This document shows positions 50,649 to 60,847 of a stretch of 64,000 nt of DNA, one piece after another. Origin of the DNA: Promethearchaeota archaeon (GTDB lineage: Archaea; Asgardarchaeota; Lokiarchaeia; Sigyniarchaeales; SOKP01). How positions within the stretch are numbered: position 1 is the stretch's first letter; each line of letters starts with the position of its first letter. The notes beneath the pieces were generated by a model, which did no database searches, had not been told where the DNA came from, and was given only the letters and a program-made list of their open reading frames with translations. A program made the translations under genes and the position numbers. The DNA lies in contig JBHLNF010000002.1 of assembly GCA_048937405.1 (NCBI GenBank), positions 480,001 to 544,000 of the forward strand. Direction: 5' to 3'.

Positions 50649-52245
50649 TTATTTTTAACCTCCGAGCTAAAGTAATGGAAATAATACCAATAATTCCAAT
50701 TATTATAAAGATATAATATCCTGGAATAAATGGTGTTCCTCTTCCTCCTGATGTAATCTCCTTTATAACAGCTACGTTGGCAAAACCTATATTATCAAAC
50801 GTATCCTTTGCATAAAAAATCATATTAATAGTAGTTCCGTTTGAAAATTTATCCCATTCAGCTTGATTAATTTGCCCTGTTAATCCGGTAAAAGTAATAT
50901 TTGTAACACCTTCGTCAAGAGTATACCATGTTTCATCTAAATTAGGTTCCGAAATAGATAATGTGTAATTTGGGGCTATTTTACCACATTTTTTATTTGT
51001 TGTAGGTGATTCAATTTCAATCTTTGGAGCGGAACTAAATTTTACTAAAGTCATTCCACCAAAATCATTAGCAATAAAAACATTTCCAGAAATATCTAAA
51101 GCAATTCCTTGTATATCATTGCTCCATCCATCTTCCCAAGTGTCATACCATTGAATTTCACCTAGATTATTAAATTTTGCAATTGTAACTGAGGAATATT
51201 CATTTGCATCAATATCAGATTTACCTACAAGAAAAATATTCCCCGAAGAATCTAATGTAATATCTGAGCAAGATTCCTCTTCATCTCCACCCCATGTAGC
51301 ATTCCATATTTGAGTACCACTAGAATTATATTTTACTAAACATATATCATCTTTTGCCTCACTAAAAGTAGTTGTAACTCCCGCAAGATAAATATTATCT
51401 GAATTATCAACTGCAATTGCTTTTGCACTTTCATAACCAATACCACCCCATATTCGTTCCCACTGAAAATTACCACTACTGTTATATTTTACCAAATACA
51501 TATCATATCCAAATGAACCACCTCCATATTTGTCTCCTGCTAAGTAAATATTTCCCGCTGAATCTAGAGCAATACCATAACACTGATCCCAACCCGGAGA
51601 AGCCCTCACCCCAGATAACTGAACATTTCCAGATTTGTTATATTTTACAAAACAAAAATCATTTGGTTCAACATATCTAAATCCTGCAATATAGATGTTA
51701 TCTAATGAATCAATTACCATATCATAACCTTCTTCACTTAAGCTAGATCCCCATGTTGAATTCCATGCTTGAGTACCATTTTTATAATATTTTACTACAC
51801 AAAAATCATGATCCTTTTCAAATCCCATAATGGTGTCGGTAAATCCTGCAATATATACATTATCATCAGAATCTATAGCAACCGCACGAGCACGATCTTG
51901 TTCTAGATATCCAAATGTAGTATTCCATATTATATCACCATTTTTATCAAATTTAACTAACCCTAAATCAGCATGACCAGCACTATAACTAAATGTATAA
52001 CCTGCCACATATATATCTCCCGAAGAATCTATAGCTAAATCATGAGCACCTTCTCCAGATTGTGCATTACCCGCCCAAGTAACATACCATTCATCATTAA
52101 GTTCTGGAACAGTAGCAAGTTTAGGAAATTCTCTTTGCAACACAACTTTATCTCTATAATTGAAAAAATAAGAATTAATTATTAACAAATTTAAAAATAG
52201 AGAGATTGTAATACTTAAAATAAAAAACAGTTTAAAATTTTTCAT
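50638..52245 (-). CDS. SBBP-type beta-propeller surface protein with Loki-CTERM-like anchor
   Basis: About 7 repeats of IAxDSxxNIYxAG...xVKY; IPGY, TM, RRLK. Confidence 0.85.
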   Translation of the reverse strand: MKNFKLFFILSITISLFLNLLIINSYFFNYRDKVVLQREFPKLATVPELNDEWYVTWAGNAQSGEGAHDLAIDSSGDIYVAGYTFSYSAGHADLGLVKFDKNGDIIWNTTFGYLEQDRARAVAIDSDDNVYIAGFTDTIMGFEKDHDFCVVKYYKNGTQAWNSTWGSSLSEEGYDMVIDSLDNIYIAGFRYVEPNDFCFVKYNKSGNVQLSGVRASPGWDQCYGIALDSAGNIYLAGDKYGGGSFGYDMYLVKYNSSGNFQWERIWGGIGYESAKAIAVDNSDNIYLAGVTTTFSEAKDDICLVKYNSSGTQIWNATWGGDEEESCSDITLDSSGNIFLVGKSDIDANEYSSVTIAKFNNLGEIQWYDTWEDGWSNDIQGIALDISGNVFIANDFGGMTLVKFSSAPKIEIESPTTNKKCGKIAPNYTLSISEPNLDETWYTLDEGVTNITFTGLTGQINQAEWDKFSNGTTINMIFYAKDTFDNIGFANVAVIKEITSGGRGTPFIPGYYIFIIIGIIGIISITLARRLKINEI

Positions 52246-52546
52246 TTTCTTTTTTTTAGATTTTAATGGATTATTTAGAGATTAGATAGTTAAATATTTA
52301 AAAATTTACAAAAATGTAACTTCAAATTTGATTTCAAAATTTTAATATATTTTTACAGGATATATTAAAATCATGAACAAGGATCTCAAAAATAAATATA
52401 TCGGTACCTTATCTCAGAAGGAATTACTTAAATTATGTTCTTCTTTTATTTAGATAACTCTTTACTGTAAAACGTGCAGCGTAAATTGAAAGAAGATACT
52501 AACATTTATATTCGACAAAGATTTCTTTAGAATGAATTGATAGAAA

Positions 52547-53509
52547 ATGAGTAAAAAACTTGATTATAGGAACGGAGCTCGAGTTATTGTAGAGACCTGT
52601 ATGGGAATAAAACCAAAAGAAAAAGTGTTAATCATTTTTTCTGAGGATTTAAATAGAAATGCAAAACTTTTAGCTGAAGAAGCTAGAGCATTAGATGCTC
52701 AAGTTACACTTGCTCAAGTAGATAATAAGGATATTCAGATAGAACCTCCTGAAGAAATAAGCAAACAAATGTTAAAATCAGATGTTGTGATGGGTGTTCT
52801 TTCCCCTAGCACGATTCAATTATTTCTTCATATGAATGCGAGAAGGGCAGCAACTGATGTGGGCGTAAGAGTAGGGGGAGTACCTTATATTAAACCCGAT
52901 ATTACTACTGAAGATATTTATAAAATTACAGAATTAACAGAGAAATTAGCTGATATATTGACTAATGGGGAAGAAGCAAAAATTACAACAAAAATCGGAA
53001 CTGATATTATATTATCTATCAAAGATAGAATATCAGCTCCTCTTAGGGTAAGACATGCCGTACCTGGAGCATGGGGTGCTGTTCCTGAATATGCTGAAGC
53101 TGCTATAGCCCCCGTAGAAGGGACAACTCAAGGAATCTGGATCATAGATGTTTTTTTTGAAAAAGTTGGTGCAATTAAAACGCCTGTAGAAATATTGGTA
53201 GAAAATGGTCGTGCTGTGAAAATTGAAGGTGCCGAAGAGGCTGATAAAATAAAAGCTATAATAAAAGCGGGGGATAATAATGCAACTAATATCGCAGAAT
53301 TAGGTATTGGAACAAATCATACAAGAACAATGCCATCTGGGACTGTAGGAGATAAAATGATAATGGGTACAGCACATTTAGCTATTGGAAAAAATATTAA
53401 TATTGGAGGTCAAACATATAGCAACATTCATCATGATGGTGTAATGAAAGATGTGACAATTGAAATTGATGGGAAGAAAATTCTAAAAAACGGTAGTATT
53501 GTAGTTTAA
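52547..53509 (+). CDS. Aminopeptidase, M29/AmpS-like family
   Basis: EAAIAPVEG, NIAELGIGTN, GTAHLAIG, SNIHHDG. Confidence 0.85.
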   Translation: MSKKLDYRNGARVIVETCMGIKPKEKVLIIFSEDLNRNAKLLAEEARALDAQVTLAQVDNKDIQIEPPEEISKQMLKSDVVMGVLSPSTIQLFLHMNARRAATDVGVRVGGVPYIKPDITTEDIYKITELTEKLADILTNGEEAKITTKIGTDIILSIKDRISAPLRVRHAVPGAWGAVPEYAEAAIAPVEGTTQGIWIIDVFFEKVGAIKTPVEILVENGRAVKIEGAEEADKIKAIIKAGDNNATNIAELGIGTNHTRTMPSGTVGDKMIMGTAHLAIGKNINIGGQTYSNIHHDGVMKDVTIEIDGKKILKNGSIVV

Positions 53510-53675
53510 TATCTATTTTTTTAAACATATCTTTACAGGAAAGGTTTTTTTATATCTTCCTTTTTCTTTTCTTACTGTTTTATTCCTTAATTATTTACTT
53601 CAGACAAAAATAAATATGATTAAATGCTTTAAACATAATATATCTTAAAATTCCCAATAAAGAATTCTATATAAA

Positions 53676-55124
53676 ATGGATTTGAACAAATTATTCAAAC
53701 CTAATTCAATGGCTGTTGTAGGAATCTCCAAGAAAAACCCCCTAAGCCCAGGAAGAATAGTTTTGTTAAAAAATGAATTTGAAATGAAGGTAAAAGTCTA
53801 TGGAATATATCCAAGTGGGGGAAATATTGAGAGTATCCAGTTATATGACCGTTTAGATAAATTACCTGAGATTCCCGATCTTCTTGTGATTGCAGTGGGT
53901 CCTGATGACACATTAGAATATATTCAAGACTGTGCTGATTTAAATATTCCTGCGGCGGTAATAATTGGTGGTGGTTTTGCTGAAATTGGGGGAAAGGGTA
54001 AAAAAAGACAAGAAAAATTAGTGAAAATAGCATATGAGAATGATATTGCTGTATTAGGCCCTAATTGTCTTGGAGTTTATGCTCCACCTCTAATAGATAC
54101 AATCTTTCTACCCACAGAACGTATCACTAGACCCCCAAAAGGATCTGTTGCATTAATAAGCCAAAGTGGGGGAGTACTCGTAGATCAATTTTTTGTAAAA
54201 TTCAATGAAAGAAATATTGGTGTCTCAACAGCGGTATCTATAGGGAATCGTGCAGTTGTTGATGAAGTTATGTTATTAGAATACTTTAGTAAAGTAGATC
54301 CTGAAACATCAAATATTGCATTCTATTTAGAAGGATTCAATGAAGGTAAAGCAAGAGATTTTTTAAAATTAGCAAAAGAATCTGAAGACACCGTAATTGT
54401 CTTCTTTGGAGGTAAAACAAGAGAAGGTAAAGTAGCAACCCAATCTCATACCGCTAGTTTAGCAGGTGATTTTAAAATTATTTATGATGCATTAAGGCAG
54501 CACTATATTATTCAACCCCATTCTGAAACAGAATTATTGACATGTTTAAAGGTATATGATGTATTATCAAAACGAAGAAATCCATTTGGAAACAATTTAA
54601 TAACTAATGGAGATGTAGCAATTGTATCTGTTTCTGGAGGGCATGCAGTGCTTGCCTCAGACATGTTAAAGAAATATGGATTAAATGCTGTCCGATTTTC
54701 ACCACCAGAAAAAAGACATCTAAAAGAGCTTATGAATCCAGTTGCTAGAGAAATTGCATCATTTAATAATCCAATTGATTTAACAGGTTCCGTATTAGAT
54801 ACAGATATTGAAAATGCAATTCGCTATTTATCAGATTTAGAAAAGATAGAATGCATTATATTACTGCTATTACCTTATCCGCCCAATATCTCATTTCAAA
54901 TTGGACGCAGAATAGCAAATATTATTGTCCATAAAAATAAACCGGTTGTTTGTTTTATTCCATATGTGCAAAAATATTTATTAATAATTGAAACATTAGA
55001 ACTTGCCAATATACCTGTCTTTCATTCGATTAAAGAGACTATTCAAGCAGTATCCGCATTAAAACAAAGAACCAGAATGAACAATTTAAAAATAGGGAAT
55101 TATTTCTGGAAAGGAAATACTTAA
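53676..55124 (+). CDS. acdA: Acyl-CoA synthetase (ADP-forming) alpha subunit
   Basis: LFKPNSMAVVG, GFAEIG, LGPNCLG, ISQSGG, SHTASLAG (phospho-His), NNPIDLTG. Confidence 0.88.
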   Translation: MDLNKLFKPNSMAVVGISKKNPLSPGRIVLLKNEFEMKVKVYGIYPSGGNIESIQLYDRLDKLPEIPDLLVIAVGPDDTLEYIQDCADLNIPAAVIIGGGFAEIGGKGKKRQEKLVKIAYENDIAVLGPNCLGVYAPPLIDTIFLPTERITRPPKGSVALISQSGGVLVDQFFVKFNERNIGVSTAVSIGNRAVVDEVMLLEYFSKVDPETSNIAFYLEGFNEGKARDFLKLAKESEDTVIVFFGGKTREGKVATQSHTASLAGDFKIIYDALRQHYIIQPHSETELLTCLKVYDVLSKRRNPFGNNLITNGDVAIVSVSGGHAVLASDMLKKYGLNAVRFSPPEKRHLKELMNPVAREIASFNNPIDLTGSVLDTDIENAIRYLSDLEKIECIILLLLPYPPNISFQIGRRIANIIVHKNKPVVCFIPYVQKYLLIIETLELANIPVFHSIKETIQAVSALKQRTRMNNLKIGNYFWKGNT

Positions 55125-55255
55125 TTTCTCAAATTTAATCTCAATCTATTACCATATTAATTTCATCAATTGATTTCTTTGCATAAGAGATATCTTCAAT
55201 TGTAAACTTTTTTTTCTGTATTATTGTAATATTTCTCGATAAAATATGTAATTCT

Positions 55256-55402
55256 CTATTTTTTTTTACTGGAAATCCATTTTTTCCTGCAAGATTCAGA
55301 ACAGAATACGTAAATGGTTGTAGGTTCATTCGGGTCGAATTCTTCTATACTGGCTCCTCCAATAATTTCTTTCTTACATACATGACATTTAATTTTCGCC
55401 AT
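55256..55402 (-). CDS. 48-aa TRASH/YHS-type metal-binding protein
   Basis: MAKIKCHVCKKEI...TIYVFCSESCRKKW; below the ORF-track cutoff. Confidence 0.8.
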   Translation of the reverse strand: MAKIKCHVCKKEIIGGASIEEFDPNEPTTIYVFCSESCRKKWISSKKK

Positions 55403-55530
55403 TTGTTATTCCCAATAAGATTTTTTAATTTTAAATTAGATTTAATTTTTTTAAACCTTGATAATAATAAGAATATAATAATATTCAATTTACCTTTTAA
55501 ATCTTATACTCAATTATTCTAATTACATAT

Positions 55531-56664
55531 ATGACACTTAAACCAAAGGTTTATTTTACCTCTAACGTATTTTCAGTTAAGAAGATTGGCTCTAATGAAA
55601 AGATCTCTGAAATTTTCCGCAATACTATCAAAGATTTATGGCAAGAATTAAGTAAAATCTCAATAATTAAGTTATTCAATGGAAGGTTTCCATCAGAGGA
55701 AGAAATTCAAAGTGAAATTAAAATATTTAATCCAAATATTCTTGGATGCCATTTAAGTCATCCAATATCCTCAAAGATACTGAAAAGTTCAAGTATTTTG
55801 GCTGTTTCAACCTCTACAGCAGGATATAACCATATCGAAAGAACCGAACAAGATGATATTTTAATTACTCATACACCTGGAGTACTTCAAGCAACTGTTG
55901 CAGATTATACTATCGCATTAATAATGGCTAATTTAAGGAATTTAATCGATCTGCATTCTTATGTGTGGAATGAACAATGGACTTCTGGTAATAAATGGGA
56001 TTTAGATCAATCATTATCATCTGTCATTACTGATGAAACTCTCGGTATTGTTGGATTGGGTGAAATTGGGAAGGAATTAGTTAGAAGATTATATTCTTGG
56101 GATATTAGAATTCAATACCATGATATTGAACAACAAAAAGTATTTGAGAAGAATTTTCCTTTAATCGAATTTAAAGAAGATATTCAAGATATATTTAAAG
56201 ATTCAGATATAATAACTTTACATATTCCTTTCAATAAACATACTGAAAAGTTTGTAGGTCGAAATCTTTTAAGTTTAATGAAAAAAGGAGCATTGCTTAT
56301 AAATACGGCTCGAGGAGGCGTTTTAGATTTAGAAACTCTATTAAACATGCTAGAAAGTAAAGAAATACAGATTAATATTGCTTTTGATGTATTTCCAATT
56401 GAACCTATTGATTCTAAAACTCTTGAAAGGTTAAAAAATATAAAGAAAAATCAGCAAGACATTAGAATGATTTTACTTCCTCATAATGCTTCTGCTGATG
56501 CGAATACAAGAGCCAAAATGATGATACTCTTTTTAAAAGATATAATCAAGATTATAAAATCTTCCTCCTTAGAAGATTTAAAAGATATTCATATTATTCC
56601 TGAACATAAAAAACAATTAACTGAAAAAAAATGGAGAATTTATAACTATTGGGAAGAAAAATGA
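55531..56664 (+). CDS. D-isomer-specific 2-hydroxyacid dehydrogenase
   Basis: HTPGVL, GIVGLGEIG, INTARG, DVFPIEP, PHNAS. Confidence 0.92.
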   Translation: MTLKPKVYFTSNVFSVKKIGSNEKISEIFRNTIKDLWQELSKISIIKLFNGRFPSEEEIQSEIKIFNPNILGCHLSHPISSKILKSSSILAVSTSTAGYNHIERTEQDDILITHTPGVLQATVADYTIALIMANLRNLIDLHSYVWNEQWTSGNKWDLDQSLSSVITDETLGIVGLGEIGKELVRRLYSWDIRIQYHDIEQQKVFEKNFPLIEFKEDIQDIFKDSDIITLHIPFNKHTEKFVGRNLLSLMKKGALLINTARGGVLDLETLLNMLESKEIQINIAFDVFPIEPIDSKTLERLKNIKKNQQDIRMILLPHNASADANTRAKMMILFLKDIIKIIKSSSLEDLKDIHIIPEHKKQLTEKKWRIYNYWEEK

Positions 56665-57239
56665 ATTCAATCAGATCATTTATAGCTATTGAGTTAAAAG
56701 ATAAAGAAACAATTGAAAAAATAATCCTATTCACTCAAAGATTAAAACAAAATCAATCAAAGATTAAACTTGTTGAACCTGAAAATCTTCATATGACCAT
56801 TAAATTTTTAGGAAATGTCCCTGAAGCCTTAGCACCTAAAATTTATTCTATTTTACAAGAAGAAATTAATGATAAATTATTTCAGGGTAAAAATCTTGAA
56901 TATAAACTAAAGGGAGTCGGACAATTTAATAGATTCTCTGTTTTATGGATAAAACTTCTTGGAAATATTCAATTTTTACAAAATATTAAAGATACAATCG
57001 AAGATTTTCTTTTTGATAAATTAAAAATTGATCGTGATAAAAGAGCTAAATTCAAACCTCATCTTACAATTGCTAGACTCAAAAAAGATAAAATAAATTA
57101 TAAAACATTTGATTCACTTAAGAATTTAATTAATGACAACAAGGATTTAGAGTTTGGAGTTTTTACAATCAATCAAGTAAAATTAAAGAAATCAGAACTC
57201 ACACCTCGCGGTCCGATTTATACAGATTTAGAATATTAG
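56661..57239 (+). CDS. thpR: RNA 2',3'-cyclic phosphodiesterase (2H family)
   Basis: RSFIAI, HMTIKFLG, PHLTIAR, SELTPRGPIY; ATGA overlap with the upstream stop. Confidence 0.92.
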   Translation: MNSIRSFIAIELKDKETIEKIILFTQRLKQNQSKIKLVEPENLHMTIKFLGNVPEALAPKIYSILQEEINDKLFQGKNLEYKLKGVGQFNRFSVLWIKLLGNIQFLQNIKDTIEDFLFDKLKIDRDKRAKFKPHLTIARLKKDKINYKTFDSLKNLINDNKDLEFGVFTINQVKLKKSELTPRGPIYTDLEY

Positions 57240-57929
57240 ATGCAAAAGAATAAACCTATTAAAGCAATTGTTTGGGATTTAGACGGCACACTAATTCATT
57301 TTAAAATCGATTATCTAAGAGCGCGAAGAAATGCAATCGAAATTTTAAAAAAGTATGGAGTTCCTAAAAAGCTCCTGACAGTTAAATTTTCCATTTTAGA
57401 AAATATAAAATATGCTAGAGAGTTTTTCGAAAAAGAAGGCTTCCACCAAAATAAAATAGATGAAATTATTGACGAAGTAGACAGCGAGATAATTAAAATA
57501 GAGTATGAAGCTGCTTTGGGTGCCGAAATGATCAATGGAATTGATCAAGTTTTAGAATATGCAAATAGAAATAATCTAAAACAAGCAATATTTACATTTA
57601 ATACCAAAAGAAATGCCGAAGTTTCTCTCAAAAAGGTGAACCTGTTACACTACTTTAGTCTTATTGTGGGAAGAGATAATACATCCAATTTAAAACCTCA
57701 TCCAGATCATTTAAATTATATTTGCAAATACTTAAAAGTAAATCCCGACGAAATATTAGTTATTGGAGACACTATTCGTGACATAGAAGCAGCTATCAAT
57801 GTAGGTGCATATTCAATAGCTACTCATACAAAATTAGCAAAAGTTGAAACCCTTAAAAAGGCTGATAAAATAATAAAAGAAAATGAAATACCGAAAAAAT
57901 TAATAGAAGAAATTAAGAAACTTTTATAA
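57240..57929 (+). CDS. HAD-superfamily phosphatase
   Basis: WDLDGTL, KPHPD, IGDTIRD. Confidence 0.92.
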   Translation: MQKNKPIKAIVWDLDGTLIHFKIDYLRARRNAIEILKKYGVPKKLLTVKFSILENIKYAREFFEKEGFHQNKIDEIIDEVDSEIIKIEYEAALGAEMINGIDQVLEYANRNNLKQAIFTFNTKRNAEVSLKKVNLLHYFSLIVGRDNTSNLKPHPDHLNYICKYLKVNPDEILVIGDTIRDIEAAINVGAYSIATHTKLAKVETLKKADKIIKENEIPKKLIEEIKKLL

Positions 57930-58014
57930 ACTTAAAAAAAATTAATAAACTATTAATAAAATATCCATTAAAACTATTTTGAAATAATTACACTTAAGGG
58001 TTTAATATAAAATA

Positions 58015-58269
58015 ATGAAAGTAGAGTATTATCTCGATATTTTAAAACCTCATAAACCGGGAGTCGATCTAGTTGCGCGTACTTTAATGAAAATTAATGG
58101 AGTAACAAGAGTTCGCATCAAAGTTGATGAATTAGATCAAAAAACAGCCTCTTTACACATGAATATTGAAGGAACGAATCTTTCTCTTGATGAAATTACT
58201 GATTCATTAGATTCAATGAATTGTGCCTTACATAGTGTTGATGAGGTTCTTTTGGAAGAAAAGGATTAG
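58015..58269 (+). CDS. DUF211 family protein
   Basis: LDILKPHKP...HSVDEV. Confidence 0.85.
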   Translation: MKVEYYLDILKPHKPGVDLVARTLMKINGVTRVRIKVDELDQKTASLHMNIEGTNLSLDEITDSLDSMNCALHSVDEVLLEEKD

Positions 58270-58381
58270 TTAAATTTTAACCAATTCTTTACTTTATATT
58301 TTTTTTATTATGTTAACCAAAAAAATAAAAATTAATTATACCGTTTTTATTTATAAAAAGAAAATTTTATTTTCCGTAAAA

Positions 58382-58735
58382 ATGATGAATCCAAGTGTGA
58401 TTAAGATCCTCGAAGAACGAGGAGAAATTAATGATGAGCTAGACTATGCCTTAATGAATTATCTTCTTAAAAATCGAGGTACTGGATTTACAGCTTGTCA
58501 ACCTCAACTGGTTGAAATAGAAGGTGGTAAGAAAGCAATTAAAATGAACATTGATCATACGTTTGTTGATAAAGATAATCAATTGATGGGATTAGGTATT
58601 GTAGGGAATATCTATATCGAACTTGATTCCTTACAAGTTGTATATTGTACACCGTTGGAAGAGCTAGCAAATAACATAAAAAAACTGGAAGAAGCAGGAA
58701 TTAAACCTCAACCTAGACCGAAAGGTAAATATTAG
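58382..58735 (+). CDS. Hypothetical protein
   Basis: ORF; probable start at MMNPS rather than 58310. Confidence 0.7.
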   Translation: MMNPSVIKILEERGEINDELDYALMNYLLKNRGTGFTACQPQLVEIEGGKKAIKMNIDHTFVDKDNQLMGLGIVGNIYIELDSLQVVYCTPLEELANNIKKLEEAGIKPQPRPKGKY

Positions 58736-58832
58736 GTATTAAATTATTTATATAAATAAAAAAGCCAAATTATACATCTTAACTTGGAAAAATAATATAA
58801 AATTCAGTTCATTTTTTACTATACTGAAAATA

Positions 58833-59381
58833 ATGTCGAGTGAAAAACACAATATCCAACAACTAATTCAAGACTATTTGTTAGATGAGGGATTGTTACG
58901 AGGAAAGATTTCAGATCCCAAAATTGAGTTTGGATTTCAATTTGTATTTCCTCCCGGAAAAGATCCTTTAGGACGCCAAATTGGAAGGAATATGGTAGTA
59001 ATTCAACCTAAGAAAAAACAACTAATAGTTGTTAGTTTAGGAGTTCAAATTTCAAAACCCCATATAAAAGCATTAAATTCTTTGGAAGATCCCAAAAAAA
59101 TGAACTTTTTCATGGATTTAAGAAAATCATTTCTTTTAAAGGATGTTTTTTATCGAATTGACATGAAAAATCACAGATATGAAATAACAGATCAAATTTT
59201 TTTAAATAAAGATGAATACTTTTCGAAAAATTCATTTTATAAGAGCATTCGTAAGGTTTTTAACTGTGCTACTTATAGTAATATTATCCTTGGAGAATAT
59301 TGCGAAGGTAAGATAAAACCAGAAGATTTTATGAAATCTAAAGAATTTACTGATGATTCCAATTTTTCTCTCTATACATAA
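58833..59381 (+). CDS. DUF2299-like protein
   Basis: IQDYLLDEG, FQFVFPP, VIQPK pattern. Confidence 0.65.
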   Translation: MSSEKHNIQQLIQDYLLDEGLLRGKISDPKIEFGFQFVFPPGKDPLGRQIGRNMVVIQPKKKQLIVVSLGVQISKPHIKALNSLEDPKKMNFFMDLRKSFLLKDVFYRIDMKNHRYEITDQIFLNKDEYFSKNSFYKSIRKVFNCATYSNIILGEYCEGKIKPEDFMKSKEFTDDSNFSLYT

Positions 59382-59411
59382 TTGTGAACCTATAATACGA
59401 GGCGAATATTA

Positions 59412-59930
59412 ATTTTTAAAAAGTGGTTACAAGCATTAGGAAAATTAGATTATGTTCAAGGAAAAGCAAAACCTAATGTAGAGTGCATTTTTTGTTCAGT
59501 GAGAGACAATGATGTTAGGGTTAAATCCCTAAAAATTTATGAAGATAATTTATGTTTTATTGTTTTGAATTTATACCCTTTTAATCCTGCTCATTTGTTA
59601 ATTGTCACTCAAAGACATATAACTAAATTTCTTGAACTTACCAAGGAAGAACTCATTCATATTACAAGAATAATTCAGGGAATCCAATTATTATTAAATG
59701 ATTTATATAATCCGAAAGGCTACAATATAGGCTTAAATCAAGGAAAATATGCAGGTGGAAGTATTGAACACTTACATATTCACATAGTACCTCGATATGG
59801 CACTGAACTTGGATTTATAGATATTATAGGTGAGACTCGTCCTTTACCCGAAGGTTTGGATTCTGTGAAGAAAAAATTAGAGGGTTCTATTAAAAACTAT
59901 CTCAATAGAGAATTTTTTGATAACTTCTAA
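59412..59930 (+). CDS. HIT family hydrolase; probable non-canonical (ATT/ATA) start
   Basis: CIFC zinc ligands lie upstream of the GTG at 59499; NLYPFNPAH, HLHIHIVPR. Confidence 0.88.
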   Translation: MFKKWLQALGKLDYVQGKAKPNVECIFCSVRDNDVRVKSLKIYEDNLCFIVLNLYPFNPAHLLIVTQRHITKFLELTKEELIHITRIIQGIQLLLNDLYNPKGYNIGLNQGKYAGGSIEHLHIHIVPRYGTELGFIDIIGETRPLPEGLDSVKKKLEGSIKNYLNREFFDNF

Positions 59931-59978
59931 AAGATAAAAAAAGAAAAAAAAATCTTAAATTATAAAAATGTAAAGGAT

Positions 59979-60224
59979 TTACCTTGTTGCATTACGAATG
60001 TCTGCAGCAGTTACTCTTTTACGTTTATCAGTTTTGCATATTTTAATTGCGTCTTTAGTTGCTGTAGCAGCACTTGATTCAAGAAAATCAATTAATTTAT
60101 CAAGAGCTTCAGCAGCAACTAAGTCTGCACCTTCTTTTTTCATTAATCTTCTGATGGGTGCCTTGGCAATATATCCTTCAGATTTCTTTTTTGCTGCTTT
60201 AGCTGGAGCTTTCTTTTTAGCCAT
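59979..60224 (-). CDS. Archaeal histone with Lys/Ala-rich N-terminal tail
   Basis: IAKAPIRRLMK...KRKRVTAADI histone fold; tail MAKKKAPAKAAKKK; GGAGG SD. Confidence 0.93.
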   Translation of the reverse strand: MAKKKAPAKAAKKKSEGYIAKAPIRRLMKKEGADLVAAEALDKLIDFLESSAATATKDAIKICKTDKRKRVTAADIRNATR

Positions 60225-60297
60225 TATTATTCCTCCACAAATTGTTTATTTTAGTTTATTTTTTAGATGTTAATTAAGTATAACTACACATTTCTAT

Positions 60298-60305
60298 TAT
60301 ATAAA
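60298..60305 (-). promoter_or_regulatory. Probable TATA box of the histone gene
   Basis: TTTATATA on the minus strand about 75 nt upstream of the ATG; the AT-rich background limits certainty. Confidence 0.45.
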
Positions 60306-60847
60306 TGTTATGATTCAAATCAATGATAATCATCATCTCGAGAATTTTCTTGAAGAGATCATACTAAATCGAAAATGAGATCGTTTTATTAATTTGATAT
60401 TAATTTTTCCGACTAAAATTAAAATCTAATTTTTATTAGGTAAAGCAGTTGTTTCTTTATTTTTTGAAATTTTACTATTGGTAGCATTTCAATTTTTTTA
60501 ATCGATATATTATTAATCACTAATTAAAATTTATAAAAAGTTTAATGATTCGGGGATCAAAAAAACTTAATATTTAACCTCCTATAGCGCTGAGTATAAC
60601 TTTTTTTGTATTTTTACGGTTATCAAAATTTCAATAGACAATTCCCTATAAAAAATAAATTAAATCAATTTTTCCTATTTTTTACAGTATTAAAGTACTA
60701 ATTAAAAGAAATTTAAAACTAAAAATGTCAAAACTTAAAATCTTGATGTTTTACATTTTTTTTCAAATCTAAAAATTAATATATTATTCGTTAGATTAGG
60801 ATATTAAATATAAATAATTAGATAATTTCAATAGATCTTCAATATTC

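Noticed and set aside
56661-57239. ThpR as the ligase for the mRNA intron
   Set aside because: Common housekeeping gene 38 kb away; archaeal splicing ligation is attributed to RtcB, which is not in this window
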